Shown here piece after piece: positions 9,523 to 17,709 of a stretch of 42,064 bases of DNA; position 1 is the first letter of the stretch; every line of letters begins with the position of its first letter. The notes under the pieces were generated by a model, which was not told the origin of the DNA, searched no databases, and worked only from the letters and a program-made list of their open reading frames with translations. The stretch spans positions 1 to 42,064 of the forward strand of contig JAYNIA010000002.1 in NCBI GenBank assembly GCA_038108555.1. The letters run 5' to 3'. Both the position numbers and the translations under genes were made by a program. The stretch comes from Nitrospinota bacterium (GTDB lineage: Bacteria > Nitrospinota > Nitrospinia > Nitrospinales > VA-1).

Positions 9523-10399
9523 CCAAATCATTCACCAATTCCAGCGCCCGCTTTTTAATTTTTGCATTCGGACCAAACCAGGATTGCCTCAATCTTGAGT
9601 CGGGGGTTTTCCCTAAATGATCCGCAGTATAGGTCACCGCAGTCAAAAGCCCCCATGCCGTCATCTGTGTGGATTCCAGATTCTGACCGGGAGCGGTTCC
9701 GATAGCCTCGAGTGCTGATTGAACGTTCTTGCGGAAATGCTCTTTTCCAGACTCACCTTCATTTTTTGAAGGATCGGGCTTGAACACTTCTTCCATGTAG
9801 TTTTTTGCAATCGCCTCATCCACTTTAGTACTTGCCAGTTTTTGAGCTTTCTCGGCGAACTGGGAAATTGCTGTACGACCCATTTCTACGGCGGCAGACA
9901 CCTTTTTTATCATCTCTTCATCGAACTTCTGGGTCGACTCTGACAAAAATGGAAGTGTGGATTTAAAGGATCGACGAAAAGAGTTTTTAACCGTGGGCCG
10001 TGCCTTGGAAGATATTTTCAACATACTGTAGCAGACAGAGCGTAAGATAAAAAATTGTACTTCAATTTTTTCTCTATCTAAATGACGGGAGGCCAGTAAG
10101 ACATAACCTTTAACTTCATCATTCCCCGGCAATACAAAATCTTCATTTAAGCTTGCTACCGCCCAGAGTATTCTTGCGCCATCAAGACTTCCCACCGCTT
10201 CAATTTCGGCGTTGCAAGCATCGAAATATGCTTTATAAAACCGGAAGGTCTCCTGATTAGAATGGGACTTGGGTCTTTGTGATGGGATTTTAGAAACTTC
10301 CCAATCCAGCTTGGCCTTATAAAGCATTTCCCTGCTAGACAAATTTCTATTTACCTCAACACCAATTTCCGCCCAGGGTTTTTCTATCGATAAGGTCAT
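9515..10399 (-). CDS. DUF932 (phage/plasmid-like TIGR03299-type) protein
   Basis: AKLDWEV, GSLDGARILW, GYVLL and TAWGLLTAVTYTADH...RLRQSWFG...KKRAL motifs. Confidence 0.82.
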   Translation of the reverse strand: MTLSIEKPWAEIGVEVNRNLSSREMLYKAKLDWEVSKIPSQRPKSHSNQETFRFYKAYFDACNAEIEAVGSLDGARILWAVASLNEDFVLPGNDEVKGYVLLASRHLDREKIEVQFFILRSVCYSMLKISSKARPTVKNSFRRSFKSTLPFLSESTQKFDEEMIKKVSAAVEMGRTAISQFAEKAQKLASTKVDEAIAKNYMEEVFKPDPSKNEGESGKEHFRKNVQSALEAIGTAPGQNLESTQMTAWGLLTAVTYTADHLGKTPDSRLRQSWFGPNAKIKKRALELVNDLVK

Positions 10400-10746
10400 T
10401 ACAAATTTAATTGGAAAAAGTTTTTTAAGGCTCTTTTAAAAGGGGCTATTCTACCAAAAAATAGGAATACAATGCCCTTCAATATTAATTCTAATTTTCT
10501 AAAGAGCGATTTGGGGGAAGCAGGGTCTTTAAAGAAAACCAGAGGGGAGAGGTTAAATTTTTAATACATAAAGACTAAAATGACCACAAGGAATTATTGC
10601 TATTTTGAATCTAAAAGTCCTGATCTTTCCAGAGGCAAAATAGCAAGAGGATAATTTTCCAGCTCCTCTTAAAACGGTATATGAACTCTCAAGGAGATTT
10701 TAAGGCTTCCTGAATAGCCGAGAGAGATTCGACTAAACAAAAAACC

Positions 10747-10995
10747 TTATCTCTTTAAAAGGTTCAAAACCGTTTCGTAATGGATTTTAGAAACTTCGGA
10801 TTCTTGCATTTCAAGAACCAAAGCAATTTCTTTAATCGTCAGGCCTTCATAATAGAAAAGAGAAATTATCAATCGCTCTGTTTGAGGTAATTCATCGATT
10901 CCCTCAGCAAGACAATCCAGCCATTCATCTTTTTCACGCGTTTCCGGCCCTATATTCAATCCATCCATATTTACTACAGCGGTTGTTTCGTTCAT
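10747..10995 (-). CDS. Stand-alone sigma-70 region 4 domain, FliA/sigma28-like
   Basis: LAEGIDELPQTERLIISLFYYEGLTIKEIALVL matches the FliA C-terminal pattern. It has its own RBS (GAGG) and ATG. Confidence 0.85.
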   Translation of the reverse strand: MNETTAVVNMDGLNIGPETREKDEWLDCLAEGIDELPQTERLIISLFYYEGLTIKEIALVLEMQESEVSKIHYETVLNLLKR

Positions 10996-11010
10996 TTAGG
11001 TTCCTCAAAT

Positions 11011-11160
11011 TCAGTTGAAGGTTTTAAGCCTGGAAGAAGGTCTTCGCCTTTTTGCAAACGGAATCCATCGCTTGCCTTTCCGATATACATTCCAACCACT
11101 TTTTTCTGCAGTTTCTCTGAAAATTTGAGTCAAAAACTCGTCTACGCTTAAATTCTTCAT
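11011..11160 (-). CDS. Unannotated 49-aa basic small protein
   Basis: MKNLSVDEFLTQIFRETAEKSGWNVYRKGKRWIPFAKRRRPSSRLKTFN*. GGAGG just upstream of the ATG. Lies between the sigma54 promoter and the sigma4 gene (15-bp gap). Confidence 0.72.
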   Translation of the reverse strand: MKNLSVDEFLTQIFRETAEKSGWNVYRKGKRWIPFAKRRRPSSRLKTFN

Positions 11161-11209
11161 AAATCCTCCACGGTTGAATTTTGACGCTTTTTACGTTCAT
11201 TTAATATCA

Positions 11210-11225
11210 AGCAAAGCCCGTGCCA
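11210..11225 (-). promoter_or_regulatory. Sigma54 (-24/-12) promoter
   Basis: TGGCACGGGCTTTGCT fully matches TGGCACG-N4-TTGCW, about 50 bp upstream of the ATG at 11160. An IHF-like AATCAATATTTTT is at about 11252-11264. Confidence 0.88.
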
Positions 11226-11416
11226 AATTAAGACTATGGAGAATCATTTGAAAAAATATTGATTTTTTGGACTTAATTAACCCCATTTGGATGAAAAAAT
11301 GGCTGATTTCCGCTGCTTTTTACGAAGAGGGGCAGATTTTTCCGGGTTACAAGGAAAGGGAATAGCTTTGGGAAAGTTAGAATATGGGGGAACTATTCAA
11401 ATGGCAGAAAAACATA

Positions 11417-12568
11417 TTAATTGGGTTGAACCATCCGGGAGTATTTTCGATGGTTTTCTGATCTTTTATACCATTTCGCGGCTTCATCCAGATCTTCTTC
11501 CACACCCAGTCCATTGACATACATCCATCCCAAACTGGCCTGGGCACGAAAATGATCCTGTTCCGCAGCACGATGATACCACTTCACAGCTGTTTTAAGA
11601 TTTTTGGGTACACCATCCCCTTTTTCATAAAGAAGTCCGAGGTGGAATTGAGATCTGGCATCCCCTCTTTTCGCCGCTTTCTGAAGCCAATGTGCGGCGC
11701 GCTTATAATCTTTCGAGACCGCTCCTCTCCCACGCACCAATACCAATCCTAAATAAGACTGCGCTTCCAGATTTCCTTTTTTGGCAGCTGATTCATACCA
11801 TTTGACGGCGTACTGAAAATTCTTTTCAACCCCGATTCCCTTTTCATATATCTTCGCGAGTCGTAATTGAGCCTCAATCTTTCCTTGTTTTGCGCTCAAC
11901 TGGTACCATTTGATGGCTTTGGGAATATTTTTTTGGACATCAATCCCCTGGTCATATATCTGGGCCAGTTTGAACTGGGCGTCCACATTCCCCCTTTCCC
12001 CAGCTTTCAAAAACAGCTTTAATGCTCTTTTAAAATTCCGCGGGATTCTTTCTCCCTTGTCATAAATCAAGCCCAGGTTGTATTGAGCTTGTAAGTTTCC
12101 TTTTTTTGCAGCAAGCCGGTACCACTTTATCGCTCGTTTGTAGTTGGGGGTTGTCCCCTCTCCTTTGTCGAACATCCAACCCAGATTAAACTGGGCACCC
12201 ACGTTCCCCTGCCTGCCGGCATATAAAAACCATTTAAGGGCCTTTTCGTGATCCCTTGCGACACCTTCTCCGTTGTAATACATCAAACCCAGGTTGAATT
12301 GGGCACTTACATTTCCCTGTTTCGCAGACAAGCGATACCAATTAACGGCCTTGGAAAAGTTTTGTTTGACCCCATCTCCCTTGTCATACATCAAACCCAA
12401 GTTGAACTGGGCCGTACTGTTTCCTTCTTTCGCAAGGGGCTTCCATATTTCGAATGCCGTTTTATAATCACCCCGGTTTAAAGCATTCAACCCTTCTTGG
12501 ACCTCATCAGCCAAAGCCGACTGGCTTAGAAAGATAAACACTAGAAGAAATTTTAAAATCTTTTTCAT
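11417..12568 (-). CDS. Secreted Sel1-repeat (SLR) protein
   Basis: Signal peptide (..SQSALA) followed by about nine AQFNLGLMY..G.GV..A..WY..AA..G repeats of 36 aa. Confidence 0.95.
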   Translation of the reverse strand: MKKILKFLLVFIFLSQSALADEVQEGLNALNRGDYKTAFEIWKPLAKEGNSTAQFNLGLMYDKGDGVKQNFSKAVNWYRLSAKQGNVSAQFNLGLMYYNGEGVARDHEKALKWFLYAGRQGNVGAQFNLGWMFDKGEGTTPNYKRAIKWYRLAAKKGNLQAQYNLGLIYDKGERIPRNFKRALKLFLKAGERGNVDAQFKLAQIYDQGIDVQKNIPKAIKWYQLSAKQGKIEAQLRLAKIYEKGIGVEKNFQYAVKWYESAAKKGNLEAQSYLGLVLVRGRGAVSKDYKRAAHWLQKAAKRGDARSQFHLGLLYEKGDGVPKNLKTAVKWYHRAAEQDHFRAQASLGWMYVNGLGVEEDLDEAAKWYKRSENHRKYSRMVQPN

Positions 12569-12666
12569 TCGTCAGAAAAAATTAAGATATGCTACATTAA
12601 TTGTAAACCAAAAATACGTGACAAGTCTCTTGTCCTTAATAGTATTTCGGCCTGAAAGGAAAATAA

Positions 12667-12798
12667 ATGAAGGAAAAAGAACCCCAGGAAAAGCGGAAGG
12701 AACCCCTGATTTTCACAATATGGGTCCATACAGGATATACGATACTTATCCTCTCAATGATAGGCTGGATGGTATATATGGAGTTTTTTATGGATTAA
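12667..12798 (+). CDS. Unannotated 43-aa single-pass membrane protein
   Basis: MKEKEPQEKRKEPLIFTIWVHTGYTILILSMIGWMVYMEFFMD*. AAAGGA is 6 nt before the ATG. Charged N-terminus plus one hydrophobic helix. Confidence 0.68.
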   Translation: MKEKEPQEKRKEPLIFTIWVHTGYTILILSMIGWMVYMEFFMD

Positions 12799-12865
12799 TT
12801 TAGGCGCACCTTTCCCAAACGACAATATTATGTTTTTTTCACACCCTCATTGACCAATTACCCTC

Positions 12866-13258
12866 TTATTCAGTCATCCGGAAGTCTTTAGCAAAAAAAG
12901 CAACCAGATCCCTGACCGACAACATTCCCACGACCTTATCCTCTTCCGTAACCACCAAATGGCGAATTTTATTCTTATGCATAAACTGATTCGCCTCCTC
13001 AACAGGTAAAAAACGGTCCAGGGATAGGAGTGGGGTACTCATTATCGATGCTACTGTGGTCGATTCAGCATTCAAGCCCTTACTCAACACTTTGCGGGTC
13101 AAATCGGTTTCAGTTACCATACCCACATATTCTCCCAACTCGGTGATTAAAACAGAGCCTATTCCATTGGCATGCATGTAAGTTGCTGCTTCCTGAACAC
13201 TGGACTCGGAATCTACGCTTAAAACGGGAGAGCTCATATAATCGCCTATATCATCCAT
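12866..13258 (-). CDS. CBS domain pair protein
   Basis: YMSSPV...GMVTETDL...IMSTP...IRHLVV...GMLSVRDL. AGGAG RBS. Confidence 0.94.
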   Translation of the reverse strand: MDDIGDYMSSPVLSVDSESSVQEAATYMHANGIGSVLITELGEYVGMVTETDLTRKVLSKGLNAESTTVASIMSTPLLSLDRFLPVEEANQFMHKNKIRHLVVTEEDKVVGMLSVRDLVAFFAKDFRMTE

Positions 13259-13502
13259 AACGTTTCTCCTTAAGTGACTAAATTTATTAGTTGTAATTCA
13301 AAAAACAAATTTACACATTACGGAAAAGCTTAAGTGATACTGGTAACCATCCTACAAAATTTGGATGCAGGCCTTGGAAAGAAGATTCGCTTTAAAACTT
13401 CACTTTAGCGTTTTGAACGACTTCGTACATCCAAGCCCCATAAATTCCAACCATTGACGATTGTTTTCATGTACATTAAGGTTTTAACTTTAGAGAAAAC
13501 TC

Positions 13503-14015
13503 ATGGCTATCGAAGAACAGATAAATAAGATTAAACAAGGGGTCGACAACTGGAACCAATGGCGAGACGAAAACCCGGGTGAAACTCCAGATCTGTCAAA
13601 CGCAGATATCCGGGGGTGTAAGCTTCAGAAAATTAATTTGGCAAATGCAAATTTGACAGAGGCAAAATTACAATTTTCCAATCTGAATGGAGCTGCACTC
13701 GAAAACGCAAATATGACAAAAGCCAAACTGCAGGAAGCCAATTTGCAAAGTGCCAACCTGAAGGGTTCAAATCTTTCAAAAGCAGGCTTATTAGAATCTA
13801 ACTTACAGCACGCCAATTTTGAAAACGCAAAGCTGGAAGGCGCTCAATTCAACGAGGAATCAATTTTCAACCAGACAAATTTAAAAGGAGCCAACCTGAA
13901 GGGCGCGACAGGATTAACCAAGAGTCAAATTGATCTTTCTCTGACGGATTCGAACACTCAACTGCCAGATTATCTGGAAGAAGAAATGGATGACGATTTT
14001 TTATTACAGTTTTAA
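13503..14015 (+). CDS. Pentapeptide repeat protein
   Basis: WNQWRDENP cap, ANLxx repeats and an acidic tail. Confidence 0.93.
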   Translation: MAIEEQINKIKQGVDNWNQWRDENPGETPDLSNADIRGCKLQKINLANANLTEAKLQFSNLNGAALENANMTKAKLQEANLQSANLKGSNLSKAGLLESNLQHANFENAKLEGAQFNEESIFNQTNLKGANLKGATGLTKSQIDLSLTDSNTQLPDYLEEEMDDDFLLQF

Positions 14016-14036
14016 GGGTAGATAGAAGGGAAGGAT

Positions 14037-15155
14037 TTATCTAAACGATTCCACTTTATCCAGGAAATCAACGGAATCTTTTTCACTCTTCTTAATAGAG
14101 GCCGCAACTGCACCCGCAGCTCTTGCGGATAAAAACTTTTGCTGGTCATACCCGAGTAAAATTTGCCAGGCGTCTTCCGGATATCTTTCAATTAATGGAA
14201 GGGCAACATCATGCAGCATCCATTGACCATGGCGAATATCCTCTTTTATGTGAATATCCCAGTAACTGATTGCCTCGTGACTCAGCCCCAACCGTTCTCC
14301 TGCTAATTGATTATTTTTAAATGATGCAGGCACCGAGATTTCAATAAACAAAAGCCCACCCACATACCTTAAAAATTTTTGCTTCTGCTCTGAAAGCATA
14401 AAGGAATGATTGATATTTGCCAGGACCTGCCAGGGTACAAGGTCTAAATATGCTTCTGGCCTGGAAACCATTCCCAACTCCTCAAGCATGGCAGCAAAAT
14501 GGGAAGAATGTTTTCGTGACAACTTCCCCCCACCATATTCTTCCCATAAAATTCTGGTCAACATGATCTGAACATCAGAGCTCGCACCCCCTAAAACTCT
14601 TGAGAGCTGGCTCGCTTCAACCAATCCATCAAGAGATGCAATTGCCAGAAGGTGTCGATAACCATCTTCAGACATTTCATCCCTTATATATCGTCCTTCT
14701 TCAGATATTTCAGGATTCAAATCTTCATCGGCACGGTCACAAAGTTTTTGAAAAACTTCCTTCGAAGGCAACCTTTCAACCGACACCTGATCTTCCTCCC
14801 AGGCGGACCATTCTTGTTCAATTTTTGAGCGGATATCGAATAGGAATCTCGAATTCTCATTCGAGTAGTTTTTTAAATCATCGTACCAAAAAAGCTTTAA
14901 CCGGTTGATGTGATAGAGACACCTTTGAATAAAAATATGTGCAGACTCATCCCCCCCCTTTTCCAACAGGGCTTCATCCAATGCAAAATCGAATTTTTCA
15001 TTGAAGAAATCAACAATTTGAGGGGACGCTGAAATTTTTGCCTCCAAATCTTTGCAATTAACCAAGGCAACAAACTCTTCTTCAGCTTTATCTAACTCTA
15101 AATCAGATTTTAGATTTTCAATTTTGATAGGATTGACCTTTTTATTATTCAACAA
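14037..15155 (-). CDS. Heme-oxygenase-like diiron oxidase (iron-containing redox enzyme family)
   Basis: EEYGGG-x5-HS, a mid-helix Glu (FIEIS) and HIKEDIRH give the HDO ligand pattern. Confidence 0.85.
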   Translation of the reverse strand: MLNNKKVNPIKIENLKSDLELDKAEEEFVALVNCKDLEAKISASPQIVDFFNEKFDFALDEALLEKGGDESAHIFIQRCLYHINRLKLFWYDDLKNYSNENSRFLFDIRSKIEQEWSAWEEDQVSVERLPSKEVFQKLCDRADEDLNPEISEEGRYIRDEMSEDGYRHLLAIASLDGLVEASQLSRVLGGASSDVQIMLTRILWEEYGGGKLSRKHSSHFAAMLEELGMVSRPEAYLDLVPWQVLANINHSFMLSEQKQKFLRYVGGLLFIEISVPASFKNNQLAGERLGLSHEAISYWDIHIKEDIRHGQWMLHDVALPLIERYPEDAWQILLGYDQQKFLSARAAGAVAASIKKSEKDSVDFLDKVESFR

Positions 15156-15328
15156 CAGGAGGAATATAAGCCTAAATATGCATTTTTAACCAATTCGCCT
15201 AAGCTGGACAAAACTTCTAAAGGATTATATACAGTTAATATAACAAACAGGATATAGCAGGTCAAATGGCCCACCTGCATGACAAACAATCAAAAACATT
15301 TGCAGACTAAAAAAAGTACAAATTAACA

Positions 15329-16276
15329 ATGGAAAACAAACTATTTGCAGATACTGTTTTAAAAGGACTTTCTTTAAAAAAAAAGAAACTACCTTCCTGG
15401 CTTATATTTGATTCAAAAGGAAGTGAAATTTTTGAAAAGATTACCAGGCTCGATACTTACCTCCCGGCAAAATGTGAGCTGGAAATATTCAACACCCACA
15501 ATTCCACTCTTTCAAAAATATTTTCAGAAATTCCTACTCAATTGATCGAACTGGGATCGGGAGATGGACAAAAGACAATTGTGTTCATCCAACAATTACT
15601 TGAGGATGGAAACCAGGTTAAATACACCCCAATTGATATTTCAGAAGGTGCCATAAAAAATTTAACCTGCATCCTGAATGAAAAATTTAATAGCCCCTCA
15701 TTAAATGTTACAGGGAAAGTGGCGGATTATTTTGAAGGGCTATCATCTATCTCTAAAAATGATAACACTAGAAAGATGGTTTTTTTTTTAGGTGTGACTC
15801 TAAATAATATGGATATCCCGGAAGCCAAAACGTTTCTAAAGAAATTGCACCAATCGCTACAAGACGATGATATTGTTTTGATTGGATTTGATCTTATGAA
15901 AAATCCAAAAATCCTAAACGAATCCTACAACGATGAGTTATTCGAAATATTCAATTTACATCTTCTCGACAGAATCAATGAATGCCTGGAAGCCGATTTT
16001 AACAAATCATTATTTGTCCAACGCGGACATTACAATCCACACTCGCGAGCTGTTGAAAGTTATTTATACAGCACCTGCAAACAAACAATTAACATCAAGG
16101 CATTGAATAAAAGTTTTGAGTTTCAGGAGTGGGAAACCCTGCAAACAGAACAGTCATTCAAATATTCCATGCAGGAAATAGAAAGCTTAGCTAACGAAGC
16201 GGGATTCAAAATCTCAGAAAACTTTTTTGATTCGAAAAACTTTTTTGTGGATTCGCTCTGGCAGGTCAGAAAATAA
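15329..16276 (+). CDS. egtD: EgtD-like SAM-dependent amino-acid N-methyltransferase (Methyltransf_33)
   Basis: KKLP...D..GSEIFEKIT, IELGSGDGQKT, PIDIS, LIGFDLMK and TEQSFKY motifs. Family-level call; the substrate pocket looks diverged. Confidence 0.85.
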   Translation: MENKLFADTVLKGLSLKKKKLPSWLIFDSKGSEIFEKITRLDTYLPAKCELEIFNTHNSTLSKIFSEIPTQLIELGSGDGQKTIVFIQQLLEDGNQVKYTPIDISEGAIKNLTCILNEKFNSPSLNVTGKVADYFEGLSSISKNDNTRKMVFFLGVTLNNMDIPEAKTFLKKLHQSLQDDDIVLIGFDLMKNPKILNESYNDELFEIFNLHLLDRINECLEADFNKSLFVQRGHYNPHSRAVESYLYSTCKQTINIKALNKSFEFQEWETLQTEQSFKYSMQEIESLANEAGFKISENFFDSKNFFVDSLWQVRK

Positions 16277-16293
16277 AAACCTGGGAGGGGGGC

Positions 16294-16668
16294 TCAGATC
16301 ATCTTGGCTTTTAGCACATCCACTTGCAGACAGGTTCTTAAAGCTCCCATCCCTTTCTGACTGGAATAACAAATTTCATACTCGCCCGCTTTCGAGAAGG
16401 ACATTTCAAAAGACTGGCCCGATTGGAAATCCCTAATGGACAATACCCTTTTTTGGGAGGGGAATTCTGAAACCGTTATATCATACAAGTCAGAACTGAA
16501 TGAGTTGCTGATTTGAACATATGCATTCTGATAAACTTTGAGCTGCCCTTCATTTTTCAACGACGGATTTAATACGATAGAGCCAGGAACCGCCTCGGAA
16601 ATAGTAGAAAAAATGAAGAGACTAAATACGAAGCAAACGGAGATAAAAGTTTTGGTGGAGCTCATCAA
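16294..16668 (-). CDS. Secreted hypothetical protein, cupredoxin-like
   Basis: Signal peptide (..ISEA) and GQSFEMSFSKAGEYEICY...GM. Confidence 0.7.
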   Translation of the reverse strand: MMSSTKTFISVCFVFSLFIFSTISEAVPGSIVLNPSLKNEGQLKVYQNAYVQISNSFSSDLYDITVSEFPSQKRVLSIRDFQSGQSFEMSFSKAGEYEICYSSQKGMGALRTCLQVDVLKAKMI

Positions 16669-16764
16669 GGGGCAACCCAGAGTTATTGTTTATAACCCCT
16701 TGATTCTAACTAGGTTCACACTTGCCCCGATATAAGAATTTAGATGTTTTTAGCATAGTATTTT

Positions 16765-17607
16765 ATGAGCAATTTACATAGGTTTTTGTCCTATAATTTT
16801 AAGGGCAGTTTTTTGGGATTGGGGCTAAAATTATTGAGCACAATCCTTCTCTTTTTAATTGTTTCTCTATTTGGTTTAGTACCAAATATCCATTCTCAGG
16901 AAAATGATGCAAAGGTAGACTGGGTTTCCCCAACCACCCAAATTCAATTTCTAAAAATTCCCGGCGGGTGTTTTTCAATGGGGTCCGATAAAGGATTCGA
17001 TTTTGAAGCCCCGGTTCATAAAGTCTGTGTCGATTCATTTTATTTTGGAAAATATGAGGTCACCCAAAAGCAGTGGTCTGTTTTTCAAAAAGAAGACAAT
17101 TCAAAATTTATCGGCGAGAACCACCCCGTACAAAGGGTTTCCTGGAATGATGCCAAAGAATACATCAACCTATTGAACGAGGCGGAAAACACTAAAAAAT
17201 ACAGGCTCCCCACTGAAGCGGAATGGGAATACGCCGCTCGAGGGGGAACCACCACACAATTTTACTGGGGCGACAAAATTGATGATGATTATGTCTGGTA
17301 TTTTGGAACATCAGATTACAAAGCCCATCCGGTAGGATTAAAAAAACCAAACCCGTTTGGCCTCTACGATATTCTTGGAAACGTCTGGGAGTGGGCAGAG
17401 GATTGGTTTTCCAACGACTACTACCAGAAAAGTCCCGAACAAAATCCCAAGGGGCCCGCAACGGGAAGGTTCAAAGTAAAGCGGGGAGGCTCCCAGGCAA
17501 ACCTGATAAGCCATATCAAATCCCATACCCGCTACCGCGCGCCCCTTAACAAGCGGCACTATATCAATGGCTTTAGAATCGCCTTTTCGGAGGAAAAACA
17601 AAATTAA
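16765..17607 (+). CDS. FGE-sulfatase (SUMF1/EgtB/PvdO) domain protein, exported or membrane-anchored
   Basis: FSMGS, KYEVTQ, RLPTEAEWEYAARGG, NPFGLYDILGNVWEW and GFR motifs. N-terminal hydrophobic segment. Confidence 0.93.
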   Translation: MSNLHRFLSYNFKGSFLGLGLKLLSTILLFLIVSLFGLVPNIHSQENDAKVDWVSPTTQIQFLKIPGGCFSMGSDKGFDFEAPVHKVCVDSFYFGKYEVTQKQWSVFQKEDNSKFIGENHPVQRVSWNDAKEYINLLNEAENTKKYRLPTEAEWEYAARGGTTTQFYWGDKIDDDYVWYFGTSDYKAHPVGLKKPNPFGLYDILGNVWEWAEDWFSNDYYQKSPEQNPKGPATGRFKVKRGGSQANLISHIKSHTRYRAPLNKRHYINGFRIAFSEEKQN

Positions 17608-17709
17608 AATAGTTTAAGAAAAGGCGTGTTGAATCCCCTGCCTCACAATGTCAAAATAACTTTACCTATCCAAAAAATCTTTGTCTTCAACCTTAACCCC
17701 AAGGTCGCA

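Noticed and set aside
12618..12803. 61-aa ORF in the track
   Set aside because: No evident RBS or protein-like features. The overlapping 12667..12798 frame has both.
16765..17607. egtB call, or DGR target, for the FGE-domain gene
   Set aside because: No DinB-like domain or HxxxHxE iron motif, and it has an export signal. I saw no reverse transcriptase or template-repeat copy in the window.
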